Part shown: in pieces, positions 40,193 through 49,947 of the stretch | Position numbering within the stretch: the stretch's first letter is position 1 | Layout of the letters: each line of letters opens with the position of its first letter | Source: Candidatus Ozemobacteraceae bacterium | GTDB taxonomy: Bacteria > Muiribacteriota > Ozemobacteria > Ozemobacterales > Ozemobacteraceae | Direction of reading: 5' to 3' | NCBI GenBank assembly: GCA_965140445.1 | Contig: OZ223236.1 | Location: 2,752,001-2,816,000, forward strand | DNA: 64,000 nucleotides | The notes under the pieces: generated by a model | What the model saw: the letters and a program-made list of their open reading frames with translations, nothing else | Database searches by the model: none | Told to the model about the DNA's origin: nothing | Position numbers and translations under genes: made by a program

Positions 40193-41197
40193 ATGAAAAA
40201 AATCATATCAATACTAATTGCTTTAACCTTGTTTACTGTGGCTGCAATGGCTACTCAGCCAGACAAAGAATTTAAGCTCATCAACTCCTTGAACTACCAT
40301 CAGACAATGTTTAATGCTATGTCTGCCGAACCCTATATGGCTATTCCGTTTGGAAATGGAAAAGATCAGGTCGCCGGTGCAGAGCAAGATTTGGAACGGC
40401 TGACGGTTGGAGTTCCTTTTGCTTTCAGAGCCAACAAAGATAATGGGATCTGGATTCTGGATTCCGTTAATAAAGCGCTTAAGCTTTTTGATTCAAAAGG
40501 AAAATTTTTGAAACAAATTTCCCTAAGCAATATGGGGACAATTATTAGAGATTTTGCCATGGGAAATGATGGATCTTTCTGGCTGCTCAATCAAATAGAA
40601 GGTTTTATTTATCACATTGATGCCAGTGGAAAGCTTTTGCAGGAAATTGAAGGATTTCAGGATGCTTTGGTTCTTGAAGCTTCAGTTAACGGCGGTTTTC
40701 TTGTAGATCTTCCTGCCCAGTCTATGGTTTTAAAATTTGGAAAAGATGATCTTCTCGAAAAAGAGTTCCCAACTGATGGAACTTTAAGCTTAATTGAAGA
40801 TAGTAACGGAAAGCTTCTCGGACTAACAATGGAAGAAAGAAAAGTCGAAATGTATTTGAGAACTTTGGCATCTCCTGCTAGCTCCATTGTTTTGGCACAA
40901 TTTCCTCTGGAATTTAAGGAAAAGGATGTAACCTTTGCTGGCGCGGAAATTATTGGAAAAGATGGTCAGGGCAACATTTATTTAAGCCTGACTGCATGTA
41001 ATGAAGAAGGAGCTATTTTTATGGATAGGCTCTATAAATGTTCTGCCGCTGGTAAGGTGCTCGCTAAAAAAGACATTTTAACGACTCCTTTTCTTGGCCC
41101 GGATCTTCCCCGAAGAAAAATTGTAACTCCTGATGGTCAGGTGATTACTTTCTATGCAACAGATAAAGAATATTGTCTGGTAAAGTATAAGTTTTAA
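40193..41197 (+). CDS. Secreted protein, probable beta-propeller (NHL-like)
   Basis: AGGAG SD and a signal peptide. Repeats IWILDSVN..LKLFDSKGK and FWLLN...IYHIDASGK. Confidence 0.6.
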   Translation: MKKIISILIALTLFTVAAMATQPDKEFKLINSLNYHQTMFNAMSAEPYMAIPFGNGKDQVAGAEQDLERLTVGVPFAFRANKDNGIWILDSVNKALKLFDSKGKFLKQISLSNMGTIIRDFAMGNDGSFWLLNQIEGFIYHIDASGKLLQEIEGFQDALVLEASVNGGFLVDLPAQSMVLKFGKDDLLEKEFPTDGTLSLIEDSNGKLLGLTMEERKVEMYLRTLASPASSIVLAQFPLEFKEKDVTFAGAEIIGKDGQGNIYLSLTACNEEGAIFMDRLYKCSAAGKVLAKKDILTTPFLGPDLPRRKIVTPDGQVITFYATDKEYCLVKYKF

Positions 41198-41215
41198 ATA
41201 ACCAGTAAAATAAGT

Positions 41216-41261
41216 AAAAAAGAACCGCCTCGAAAAATGGTTTTCGAGGCGGTTCTTTTTT
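41216..41261. terminator. Bidirectional terminator (21-bp perfect inverted repeat)
   Basis: aaaaaagaaccgcctcgaaaa-atgg-ttttcgaggcggttctttttt. Confidence 0.9.
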
Positions 41262-41269
41262 GTGGGAAA

Positions 41270-43408
41270 TTAAGCTTCTGCTTCTGCCTGCATTTCCTTT
41301 TCACATTGTTCGATTAGAGTCTTAAGATTGTCAGCTTCTACGCCAGTTGGAGAGTTCTGTAAGAATCTTTTGGCGGCTTCTGTTGCATCAGTAAATTGTC
41401 GTTTGCGTGCATATATAACGGCAAGGTTGTAGTAAACCTGATGAAATTTTGGATCAATTTCAAGAACCTTCAAATAAGCTGCGATTGCTTCATTTATGCG
41501 GCCTTTTTCAAATTCTTCTGTTCCAATATTATAAAAAGCTGCGGCATCTTTGGGATTAAGATCAATGGCTTTTTTCCAAAGCTCAATAGCCTGATCATAC
41601 ATTCCCTTATTGTAGTAGGCGATTCCAAGCTTATTGCGAGCTTCCGAATCCTGTGGATTATACTTGATAACCCTTTTCCAGATTTCAATCGCTTTGTCAT
41701 ACATTTCACGGTTATGATAAGCGGTTGCAAGATTGGAAAGAATATCAGAGTCTTCTGGTTTGTATTTAAGGGCTTTTTCCCAACAATCAACGGCTTTGTC
41801 AAAGAGATCCATTTTGATGTAAGCGATACCCAGTTTGTTATAGAGTTCACCATTTTCTGGTGTGATTCTGATGGCATCTTCCCATTCAGAGATGGCCTGA
41901 TCAAACAGATTCTTCTGGAAGTATGCAATACCAAGGTTATTATGAGCATCTACATCGTTAGGAGCAAGTTCAACAACTCTTCTCCATGAAAGGATAGCAT
42001 CGTCCAGAAGGCCTTTTTCGTCAAAAGCATTACCTAATACAAAATGAGTGTTTGGGTTATTTGGATCAAGCTCTATTGATTTTTTCCATGCACTTATGGC
42101 TTCATCAAGTTTTCTTTTCTGTCGGCAAGCATGGCCAAGTTTAAAGAAAATATCTGGATCATTTGAGTTTAGAACCTTTGATTTTTCCCATTCGTTAAGA
42201 GCGTCATCAAATCTTTGCAAATTGTAATAAGCGATACCAAGGTTATGGTGTGCTTCAAAATGTTCAGTATCTAATTCAATAGCTTTCTGCCATTGGAAGA
42301 TAGCTTCCTGTGTTTTATTCAGTTTGGAATAGGCTATACCCAATTTGTGGTGGAGCTGAGGATCATCGGTTACATAACTAATAGCTCGGTTCCAGAATTT
42401 AGCAGCTTCGGCAAAGTCTTCCATCCCGCAATATGCGTTACCAATTTTTTCGCAGATATCCGCATCTTCACTTCTTTTTTCTCTTACTGTATTCCAGTAG
42501 GTAATGGACTTTTGGAAATTGCCTGTATTGTACTGAGCAACACCGAGGTTGAAATGAGCTTCGATGTCATTTGGATTGATGGAAATACATTTTTCCCAGC
42601 ATTCAATAGCTTTTTCAAGATCATCAAGTTTTCCGAAAGCAGAGCCAAGTTTAAAATATACTTCAGAATTATCCGGAGTAATTTCAAGGATTTTCTGCCA
42701 GGTCTCGATTGCTTCTCGGTGCTGGTTAAGCTTGCTATAAGCGTTTCCAAGATTGTTGAAAATATCGGGCTGCCGAGGATTCAGCGCTAGAGCCTTTTTC
42801 CATTCTTCAATGGCTTGTTGAAACATTTCAAGGCGATAATAAACTATTGCCAGGTTATTATGTGCTTCAGAATTTTTTGGGTTAAGTTCAATAGCTTTTG
42901 AAAAGGCGATAACTGATTTATCATCAAGGCCTTTGTTGTAATAAGCTACACCCAATCTGAAAAAGATATCGGAATCTTCTGGATTCAGGTTTGAGGCTTT
43001 TTCCCAGAGTGATATGGATTGCTCTTCTTTTCCAAGGTTGTAATAAGCAATACCAAGTTTAAAATGAATTTCTGGATCATGCTGACGAAGTTCAAGGCAT
43101 TGTTCCCAATGTTCAATAGCTTTGGAGTCCTCGCCTTTGTTGTAATAAGCAATTCCCAGATTGTGTAAAACTTCATAGTTTTGAGGGTCAAGAGAAACCG
43201 CTATTTCCCATTCTTTCAGGGCTTCATCTATTCTATTGAGTTGATAGTAAGCAACTCCAAGCTTGAACCTGGCTTCACTATTCTGTGGGTTTTTGATCAG
43301 AGACTGGATCCACTCTGATATTGCCTGCTCATACTGGCCTTTCGTATAGTAAGCAATCCCCAGATTATAATGGGTATTGGCTTCGTCCTGCAGGTATGTG
43401 CGTTTCAT
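41270..43408 (-). CDS. All-TPR protein with 20 contiguous 34-aa repeats
   Basis: 20 repeats counted from ANTHYNLGIAYY... to HQVYYNLAVIY...; no other domain; GGAGG SD. Confidence 0.95.
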   Translation of the reverse strand: MKRTYLQDEANTHYNLGIAYYTKGQYEQAISEWIQSLIKNPQNSEARFKLGVAYYQLNRIDEALKEWEIAVSLDPQNYEVLHNLGIAYYNKGEDSKAIEHWEQCLELRQHDPEIHFKLGIAYYNLGKEEQSISLWEKASNLNPEDSDIFFRLGVAYYNKGLDDKSVIAFSKAIELNPKNSEAHNNLAIVYYRLEMFQQAIEEWKKALALNPRQPDIFNNLGNAYSKLNQHREAIETWQKILEITPDNSEVYFKLGSAFGKLDDLEKAIECWEKCISINPNDIEAHFNLGVAQYNTGNFQKSITYWNTVREKRSEDADICEKIGNAYCGMEDFAEAAKFWNRAISYVTDDPQLHHKLGIAYSKLNKTQEAIFQWQKAIELDTEHFEAHHNLGIAYYNLQRFDDALNEWEKSKVLNSNDPDIFFKLGHACRQKRKLDEAISAWKKSIELDPNNPNTHFVLGNAFDEKGLLDDAILSWRRVVELAPNDVDAHNNLGIAYFQKNLFDQAISEWEDAIRITPENGELYNKLGIAYIKMDLFDKAVDCWEKALKYKPEDSDILSNLATAYHNREMYDKAIEIWKRVIKYNPQDSEARNKLGIAYYNKGMYDQAIELWKKAIDLNPKDAAAFYNIGTEEFEKGRINEAIAAYLKVLEIDPKFHQVYYNLAVIYARKRQFTDATEAAKRFLQNSPTGVEADNLKTLIEQCEKEMQAEAEA

Positions 43409-43432
43409 ATGGCCTCCAAAGTCATGACTAAA

Positions 43433-45064
43433 TTATGTTGTTTTTTTCTGTTTAGAAAAAGGTGAGAAAACATCGTATTTTCGCACCATAGAACTGATTG
43501 TATTGCCAAAAGTTTCGAGAACGGCTTTAAGCTTGTCGTCTTTGTTAAATCCGTGAACTAAACCTTTTCTCTCTAAAATTATTTTCTGGAATTTTAGTTG
43601 GTATTTGTGTCTGAAAGCAAGCTTTTCTGTAATTAAATTTTTTGTTTCCAACTTCTTTTTGATTTCAGGCTTTTTCTTAATTACTGAATATGTCTCATCA
43701 GATGGATTAATCTTATTGTAATGCTTGCTGAAGATTGAATTGCTCAAGTAAGCAAGGAACAAATCAATCGAGTATGTTCTTATGCCAAATTCTGGCAGAC
43801 TTGAAAAGTTAAGACGTTTTTCAGGGCGGCTGGAGAAAAATCTTAACTTCATTTTTGTTTGAAAAATATGCTTCTTGAGATGATCTTGACGATGGAAAAA
43901 ATTGGGAGTTTTTTCTGTATACCCAGGTTCAAAGGATGACTCAGAATCAAGTTTCATCTTTGCTACGAAGCTTGCCTCCTGAACCAGTTTATGTTCAAAC
44001 TCGGCAATTTTCTCAGATTTCATCTCACTGGCTAATGTAATCACTCTTAACACAGCTTTTCTGGGAATTTTAAGCTCAAGTGAGTGCATAACTTTGGTTG
44101 GTTTTATGCTGGGTGTTTTGCCCACAGAAGATAGTACAAAAGGCCGACCTGCTTTTAATTTTCTTATTGTTGGAATTCTTTCAGGAAAGCAGAAGGGGAG
44201 ATACTCCGAAAAGAACGATGGCTCAAGAACTGAGCTTCTTGGTGCACTTGATCTGTCTCTGTTTTCATAAACAAATTCTTTTTTGAAGTTGGATAAAAAC
44301 TTATCAAGCCTTGTTTGAAGGTTAGCCTTTTCTTTTTGTAGTGCATCTATTGCATCTATTAATTCAGACTCTGAATTTTCGATCTCAGAGATCCTAATTT
44401 TTAATCTTTCTGAGTATTCTTTTAGGTCTTTGTTTTCTTTTTCTGCTTTAAGTGCGAGTTTCAGGTTTTTGGCATCAGATTCCAAAACCTTATCAAGATT
44501 TGATTTAAGAGTAGAGACTTCTCGTTCCAAGGTATCTCTGATTTCAGACAATTCATTATTTCTCGTTGAAAGCCGCAGTTTCTCTGCTGTAAGAAGCCTT
44601 AAGTTTTCTCGCATTTCCTGGAGTTTATTTTCTGCAGAGTCCAGTCTTAAACTTAGTTCTTTTGTGTGCAGCTGCATTTGAGAAATTTCAGCTTGCTGTT
44701 CCTGAGACTGATCCAGGAGTTTCTTTTTCTCTGATTCAAGGCTTCTTGTCTCAATGATTGCATCGGCAAGACTAATTTTAAAGTCCTGCATTTTTTTATC
44801 TTTTAACTCCAATTCTTTCGAAAGAAATTGAAGTTTGGCAATTGCATCCGGCGTATTCTCAGCGGCAAGAGAGGAATCAGCGGCAAGCTTTATATAATTT
44901 TTTAAACTAAAATTTCTGAAAGTAGTTATCAGAGCTTTTTCTTCATCTGACAAAATTTCTTCAGAAATTCGCTCCAACAAGCCAATTAGGCCCTGTTGAA
45001 GAGATTCAAAATTTTCTGAAACATCATTTTGATGCTCAGGCTGTTTGCTTGCCTTATCTGTCAT
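43433..45064 (-). CDS. Coiled-coil protein with Lys/Phe-rich C-terminal region
   Basis: About aa 75-260 heptad-rich, followed by YLPFCFPE and a basic aromatic-rich tail. Confidence 0.7.
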   Translation of the reverse strand: MTDKASKQPEHQNDVSENFESLQQGLIGLLERISEEILSDEEKALITTFRNFSLKNYIKLAADSSLAAENTPDAIAKLQFLSKELELKDKKMQDFKISLADAIIETRSLESEKKKLLDQSQEQQAEISQMQLHTKELSLRLDSAENKLQEMRENLRLLTAEKLRLSTRNNELSEIRDTLEREVSTLKSNLDKVLESDAKNLKLALKAEKENKDLKEYSERLKIRISEIENSESELIDAIDALQKEKANLQTRLDKFLSNFKKEFVYENRDRSSAPRSSVLEPSFFSEYLPFCFPERIPTIRKLKAGRPFVLSSVGKTPSIKPTKVMHSLELKIPRKAVLRVITLASEMKSEKIAEFEHKLVQEASFVAKMKLDSESSFEPGYTEKTPNFFHRQDHLKKHIFQTKMKLRFFSSRPEKRLNFSSLPEFGIRTYSIDLFLAYLSNSIFSKHYNKINPSDETYSVIKKKPEIKKKLETKNLITEKLAFRHKYQLKFQKIILERKGLVHGFNKDDKLKAVLETFGNTISSMVRKYDVFSPFSKQKKTT

Positions 45065-45077
45065 CTATTTTTTTGTT

Positions 45078-45863
45078 TTAGTCGTGTTGATAAAGACAAA
45101 CTGTAATATTGTCTCCACCACCATTCAAATAAGCGGCTTTTACAAGGTTGTCCGCAATGGTTTTAAGGTCAGAATTCTTAGGTTGATATTGATCAGAAAT
45201 TATTTTTTTGATTGCGCTATTTTCAACAAACCCGCAAAGCCCATCAGAGCATAAAAGGATTAGATCGCCAGAATCCATTGTATAGGTACGTTTTTCTACT
45301 TCTACGTCACCACCAACACCAAGAGCGCGGGTAATAACATTTCTGTTTGGGTGGACGAGGGCTTGTTCCGGGGTAATTCGACCTTGATCTAAAAGTTCTT
45401 GCACAAGGGAGTGATCTTTGGAGATTGGAAAGAGGTTACCATCTCTAAATCTGTAACAACGACTGTCACCAACATGCGCAAGGGACATTCCGGTTTTATA
45501 TATAAGCGCAGAAACAATCGTTGTTCCCATTCCGTCCATTTCAGGGTTCTCTGATGCCATCTTATAAATGGCATTATTAGCTGATAAAAAGCATTCTTCT
45601 AAAAAAACGGTTTTATCTGAATTTAATAATTCTTCAGGGGGGGCCAGAAAAAGCTTTTGAACTAAATTGTCTTTAACTGTTTTGACAGCAAGCATAGAGG
45701 CATACTCTCCAGCGGCCGCACCACCCATTCCATCAGCTAAGATCAAGGCTGTAATAGCTATTTCATTTCCGAGAGGGCCACACAATTTTAGTTGCAGGCT
45801 TTCGGCATAATCCTCATTATTTGGACGTACTTTCCCTTTATCGCTTAGGGTATAGAAATTCAT
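45078..45863 (-). CDS. PP2C-type Ser/Thr protein phosphatase (Stp1/PrpC-like)
   Basis: SDKGKVRPNNED, ADGMGG, MGTT, HVGDSR, DHSLV, RNVITRALG, LCSDGL, GGGDNIT. Confidence 0.95.
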   Translation of the reverse strand: MNFYTLSDKGKVRPNNEDYAESLQLKLCGPLGNEIAITALILADGMGGAAAGEYASMLAVKTVKDNLVQKLFLAPPEELLNSDKTVFLEECFLSANNAIYKMASENPEMDGMGTTIVSALIYKTGMSLAHVGDSRCYRFRDGNLFPISKDHSLVQELLDQGRITPEQALVHPNRNVITRALGVGGDVEVEKRTYTMDSGDLILLCSDGLCGFVENSAIKKIISDQYQPKNSDLKTIADNLVKAAYLNGGGDNITVCLYQHD

Positions 45864-45892
45864 ATCAGGTCTCCCCTTTTTGTCTACAATGA

Positions 45893-45921
45893 ATTCTAAT
45901 TTGTTTGACCTTCCAAGTCAA
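45893..45921 (-). promoter_or_regulatory. Internal sigma70 promoter upstream of the PP2C gene
   Basis: TTGACT-17 nt-TAGAAT, with an AGGGGAG SD downstream. Confidence 0.65.
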
Positions 45922-45936
45922 CGAGACAAGCGAATT

Positions 45937-48900
45937 TTAAGGATTTTTATTCTCTAAAATTATCGCCTTTTTAATATAACTTTCGGATTGAATGCTTACA
46001 AAATCAGAATTCATATCATACCAATCAGGAATGTATGCGGGTTTAAAGTCCAGAGAGCAATCTTTTTGCTTAGGAAATTTAAAATTCTTAACACTCTTAT
46101 CTGATTCTTTTTCCAAAACAATTTCCGGGAATGGGGTCGCGATTGATTTAAAACTAAGTTGATTTTCAGAAAAACCGGTTTTCCGAGGTAAGCTTGAAAT
46201 TTGAAGACTGGTTTCTTTGCCTTTCAGATTATATTTAACTTTTGCAAGATTGCTTAAATAGTCTAATTCTAAAACGTCAGGAGCTTTGCAGTTAGTAGAA
46301 ATTTCAAAGCTCGAATAATTCTGCTCATTTAAGTCTTCCTGAATTTTTGCAGAAGCAAAGAATTTGGGAGCCTCTAATTGATTTATCTCAGCTAACTTTA
46401 GCGTTTGTCTTTCGAGGTATTGAGCTGTCGGTTTTAGCCCCTTTAAATTGTTATCAAAGGCTTCAGTAGTGGACTTTATAAACTTGTTATGAATCTTTTG
46501 CAGAGAAAATTTCTGACTGATTTTCAAGAAATTGTCCAATAAAATTACCCAGTGAACCGGGGTCAATTCAAAACTATCTAAAGCACCATTCATTAATTCA
46601 GAAGATTTGGTGGTTAAAAAGGCTATTTTCCTGGGGGCTAAACCTGGATCTATCTGACCATTAAAAGAATTGATAACAGGATAAAAATTGTCAGCGTCAA
46701 TTTGGTTTCTCTCAGCAAATTTCAGTGGTAGATTTTGAAGGTTTTCTTTTATTGGAAGGAATTTTTTTTCGGTTTTATCGGTGGTTAAACTTATGCCAGT
46801 CTCATCTTGAAAACTTTGAAATCCGGCTTTGAGATTTTCGACATTTTGACAATTAAAGTTTTTAACAGCTTTGGAAATTTTACGGTGAGTTCCAATGCAA
46901 AAAGCTTTTGAGATTCCTTTTACTTCGCTTTCATTAAATAAAATGATTTGAGACTCAGAATAAATATTATGCTCAAGATTTACAGAAACATCATCCAATT
47001 CATAATACACCTCAATTGGCACATTTACTGATGGTTGCTCAGGCACCCATGGAAACGAAAAGCGTCGGGAACGAAATTTAAAATTTCCAGACAGGGTTTT
47101 AAATTCATTTTCTATTTTCGAAAGTCTATGGCGAAATTTTTTGGCTGGCTTTTGTAGCAGTTTTAATTTTAAGATTCTTGAAAGTGGGTGTGAGCTTTTG
47201 TTTACTATAGTCTCGGAATCAACTTCCAGCTGTATTTTGAAGGCACGTTGATTATCTACTTTGAAATTCTGGTTAACCTGACTTAAAACCTGTAAATCGG
47301 GTGCGGTTGGCAGGAATTTACTAATCTCATTCATTTCGATTTTCTTATTATGAGACTTTAATACTTCAAAGACAGAATTATCCAACTGATAAAAACTGTT
47401 CAAAGCGCATATTGAAAAGCTCTTTCCACTTGAAGCTGACTTTTTGGAAAACTCAAAAGCAAAATCCCCGAATTCCATAAATTTCGGGTCTTCATTGGCC
47501 CAAGGGTAAGTAAACGAATGGATCTTATTCATTTTTGAAACCGATAAAATTGGGGTTTCATATTGCTTTTTATAAGGAAGCGAACGCATGGTTTCCTGAA
47601 TCTTTTGGAAACCTGGCCAGAGCCATTTTTTAGGATTTTTCAGACTGAATTTTGATCTATATGGTTTAAAAATATTGAAAAAGAAGTCTGCTTCTTTAAC
47701 CAGCTTCTGAGTAGCAGTTGGCGGAATTTCAAAATTAAGGTATGGCACGACCGAGTTAAATAAGCTCTTTTTTTCCACCAATTTTGGAAATCCAAAATAG
47801 TATGGATATAGGCGCAAAACACAGTTGAATTGTTTTTGAAGAAACGGCCAATCTGGCGGAGGAACAATTTCTTTTTGTGCTAAATGGTCGAAATTTTTTC
47901 CAGGTAGAATTTGAAAATCTAACGGGATTTGCTCGCGCAGAGAATCTGGAATACTTCCAGCATATAGCTCATAATCCACATTCACTTCATCGTGGGCGAA
48001 GCAACAATCTGCAGAGAATATGTTGCTGAAAACAAAATTGGAATTGAGCAATAAATAATTTTTTCTGGTGAAAATCTGTGGTATTTCAGGCATTTCTTCC
48101 AGAATTTTTATTTTACCGGCCTTTTTGGAAGAGACGAAAAGCTGTTTTTTGAATGGCTCTTTATATACAAACTGTTTTAACGGTAACTCTCTTTTTAAAA
48201 GGGTTTTTAATCTGGTAGAAAGTCCTGGTAAAATTTTGGAAGAGATTGCTTTTCTTTGCTTTTCTGGCAAAACGACATCTGTAAAATGTGGGTCGGTAAT
48301 GCTCATTAAAAATGGCTGTATGGGCTGTAGAAACGAGATAGCATCTTCAAATTTTTGAGGGTAAATTTCTCTAAAACTCTTTACTGCATGTAAGGTTTTT
48401 GGATGAAATTTAAAACCAGTTTTCTGAACTCCATGCTTAGCCCTATCAAAGTAATTCAAAGTTGATTCAACTATAGTTTTCAGAATTTTTTTGGTGTATC
48501 TGGCGTGCCCGGCTGTGCGCAAAGCCATGAAAACTCTTTTTTGGCAGCCGTAATATTTTTTTAGTTTAATTGAATCCTTAAATCCTTTTAATTGGGAAAA
48601 ATTTTGGTTTAGGGTTTCAAAATTAATTGAGGAAAAAATATCTTTTGAAGTCTGTTTCAAAGCCTTTAAATGATTAAAAGTCTTAGGTTCTAAAATTGAT
48701 TCTGGCAAGGTGAAATTGCATTTCAGGCGTGAAATATACCCGGATTCCCTCTTAAGAGAAAGCTTGTATTTTTTCCAGTTCCGTTCGCTTTTCTGGGTAG
48801 GCCAGGCGAAAAAACTGATCTGAGAATTAAAATCTTTAGCTTTTTTTACTGGGACTTCGCTCAATGAAATGATTTGGCTCTGTGAAGTCTTGATTGACTT

Positions 48901-49947
48901 TGCAGGAGAAAGAATCTGGTATTTTTCCTCAAACAGAAATGGGGTGGGGGATAAAAAATCAATTTGTTCAAGAGAATTAAATCGGTTTGAAGCAATTTTC
49001 TGATCAAGCTTTTCGCTTTTTTTGTATGTGAACTCCTGAGAAGCAATTTTCTCAATAGGTTTAAGTATGGAGTAAGCCTCAAGGACAAGATTTTTGCCAA
49101 TTTCATTTCGAATTTCAAAACTAAAATTACTTAAATTAGGTTTTACAGGGAGAGTATTCGAGCTAATTTGCTGAAGCTGAACAAACTGGTAGGCCGGTTT
49201 TAAATGGGTTTCGTAAAAATCCTTGGCTTTAAAGGTTTCTAACTTGTTAAGAATTGGCTGAGAAAGAGATGGAATTATAGTAGCTATTTTATGAAGTGTT
49301 CTTTCGTCACGCTTGATCGATTTGTCTAAAATAGAAAAAGAATTAATTCCAATTGATTGCTGACGAAAAATCTCTTTTGTTTCTTTTAAAACAGGTTTTG
49401 AAATTGTTCCTATAAGTTTGTGAGAAGGGTTTAATTTTAAGTTTTCATTTTGGTTTCTGGTAAGAACAAATTTTGCTTCTCGGTCGGAGTAAAACTCCCT
49501 TTTTTTAGCAGGTTTAGCTAGAACAATTCTTTCATCTGTATTTTTATCTTCAAATCGGTTACAGAGGCCGGATTTAAAAATTTCCGCATCTTCTGTTAAA
49601 AAGAGTTTCAATTTTTGCTCAAAAAGTATTTTGGGGGGAATCTGAAATAGAAGAAAGTTGGAAACATCTTTTGGTTTCATCTGAAAAAAATGTTTCTCGA
49701 TAGAAACTTTGAATCTTTTAGGAACTTTAGTAATCAGGCCGTATTTTTTAAAAAGTAGTTCAAGTGATTCAGAGTAGCATTTGCAAAGTTCAATTTCCTG
49801 ACTCGGTTGAATCGGAGTATTTTTGCCTGAAAAAACGGAAACTGAAGCTTTGCTTAAGAACCGTTTGATCAAGTTCTCTCCCTGTTTTATTTGTCTGGGA
49901 GGCAGATCAAAAACTTGAATTGAATCTTTACGAGTAAATAAGGTCAT
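45937..49947 (-). CDS. Giant (1336 aa) hypothetical Phe/Lys/Ser-rich protein
   Basis: 4-kb uninterrupted ORF in AT-rich DNA, ATGA overlap with the upstream gene, no competing long ORF, no recognisable domain. Confidence 0.75.
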   Translation of the reverse strand: MTLFTRKDSIQVFDLPPRQIKQGENLIKRFLSKASVSVFSGKNTPIQPSQEIELCKCYSESLELLFKKYGLITKVPKRFKVSIEKHFFQMKPKDVSNFLLFQIPPKILFEQKLKLFLTEDAEIFKSGLCNRFEDKNTDERIVLAKPAKKREFYSDREAKFVLTRNQNENLKLNPSHKLIGTISKPVLKETKEIFRQQSIGINSFSILDKSIKRDERTLHKIATIIPSLSQPILNKLETFKAKDFYETHLKPAYQFVQLQQISSNTLPVKPNLSNFSFEIRNEIGKNLVLEAYSILKPIEKIASQEFTYKKSEKLDQKIASNRFNSLEQIDFLSPTPFLFEEKYQILSPAKSIKTSQSQIISLSEVPVKKAKDFNSQISFFAWPTQKSERNWKKYKLSLKRESGYISRLKCNFTLPESILEPKTFNHLKALKQTSKDIFSSINFETLNQNFSQLKGFKDSIKLKKYYGCQKRVFMALRTAGHARYTKKILKTIVESTLNYFDRAKHGVQKTGFKFHPKTLHAVKSFREIYPQKFEDAISFLQPIQPFLMSITDPHFTDVVLPEKQRKAISSKILPGLSTRLKTLLKRELPLKQFVYKEPFKKQLFVSSKKAGKIKILEEMPEIPQIFTRKNYLLLNSNFVFSNIFSADCCFAHDEVNVDYELYAGSIPDSLREQIPLDFQILPGKNFDHLAQKEIVPPPDWPFLQKQFNCVLRLYPYYFGFPKLVEKKSLFNSVVPYLNFEIPPTATQKLVKEADFFFNIFKPYRSKFSLKNPKKWLWPGFQKIQETMRSLPYKKQYETPILSVSKMNKIHSFTYPWANEDPKFMEFGDFAFEFSKKSASSGKSFSICALNSFYQLDNSVFEVLKSHNKKIEMNEISKFLPTAPDLQVLSQVNQNFKVDNQRAFKIQLEVDSETIVNKSSHPLSRILKLKLLQKPAKKFRHRLSKIENEFKTLSGNFKFRSRRFSFPWVPEQPSVNVPIEVYYELDDVSVNLEHNIYSESQIILFNESEVKGISKAFCIGTHRKISKAVKNFNCQNVENLKAGFQSFQDETGISLTTDKTEKKFLPIKENLQNLPLKFAERNQIDADNFYPVINSFNGQIDPGLAPRKIAFLTTKSSELMNGALDSFELTPVHWVILLDNFLKISQKFSLQKIHNKFIKSTTEAFDNNLKGLKPTAQYLERQTLKLAEINQLEAPKFFASAKIQEDLNEQNYSSFEISTNCKAPDVLELDYLSNLAKVKYNLKGKETSLQISSLPRKTGFSENQLSFKSIATPFPEIVLEKESDKSVKNFKFPKQKDCSLDFKPAYIPDWYDMNSDFVSIQSESYIKKAIILENKNP

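Noticed and set aside
41396..42790. Antisense and alternate-frame ORFs (197, 151, 165 aa) over the TPR gene
   Set aside because: Shadow ORFs caused by codon periodicity of the repeat protein; no SD or domain features
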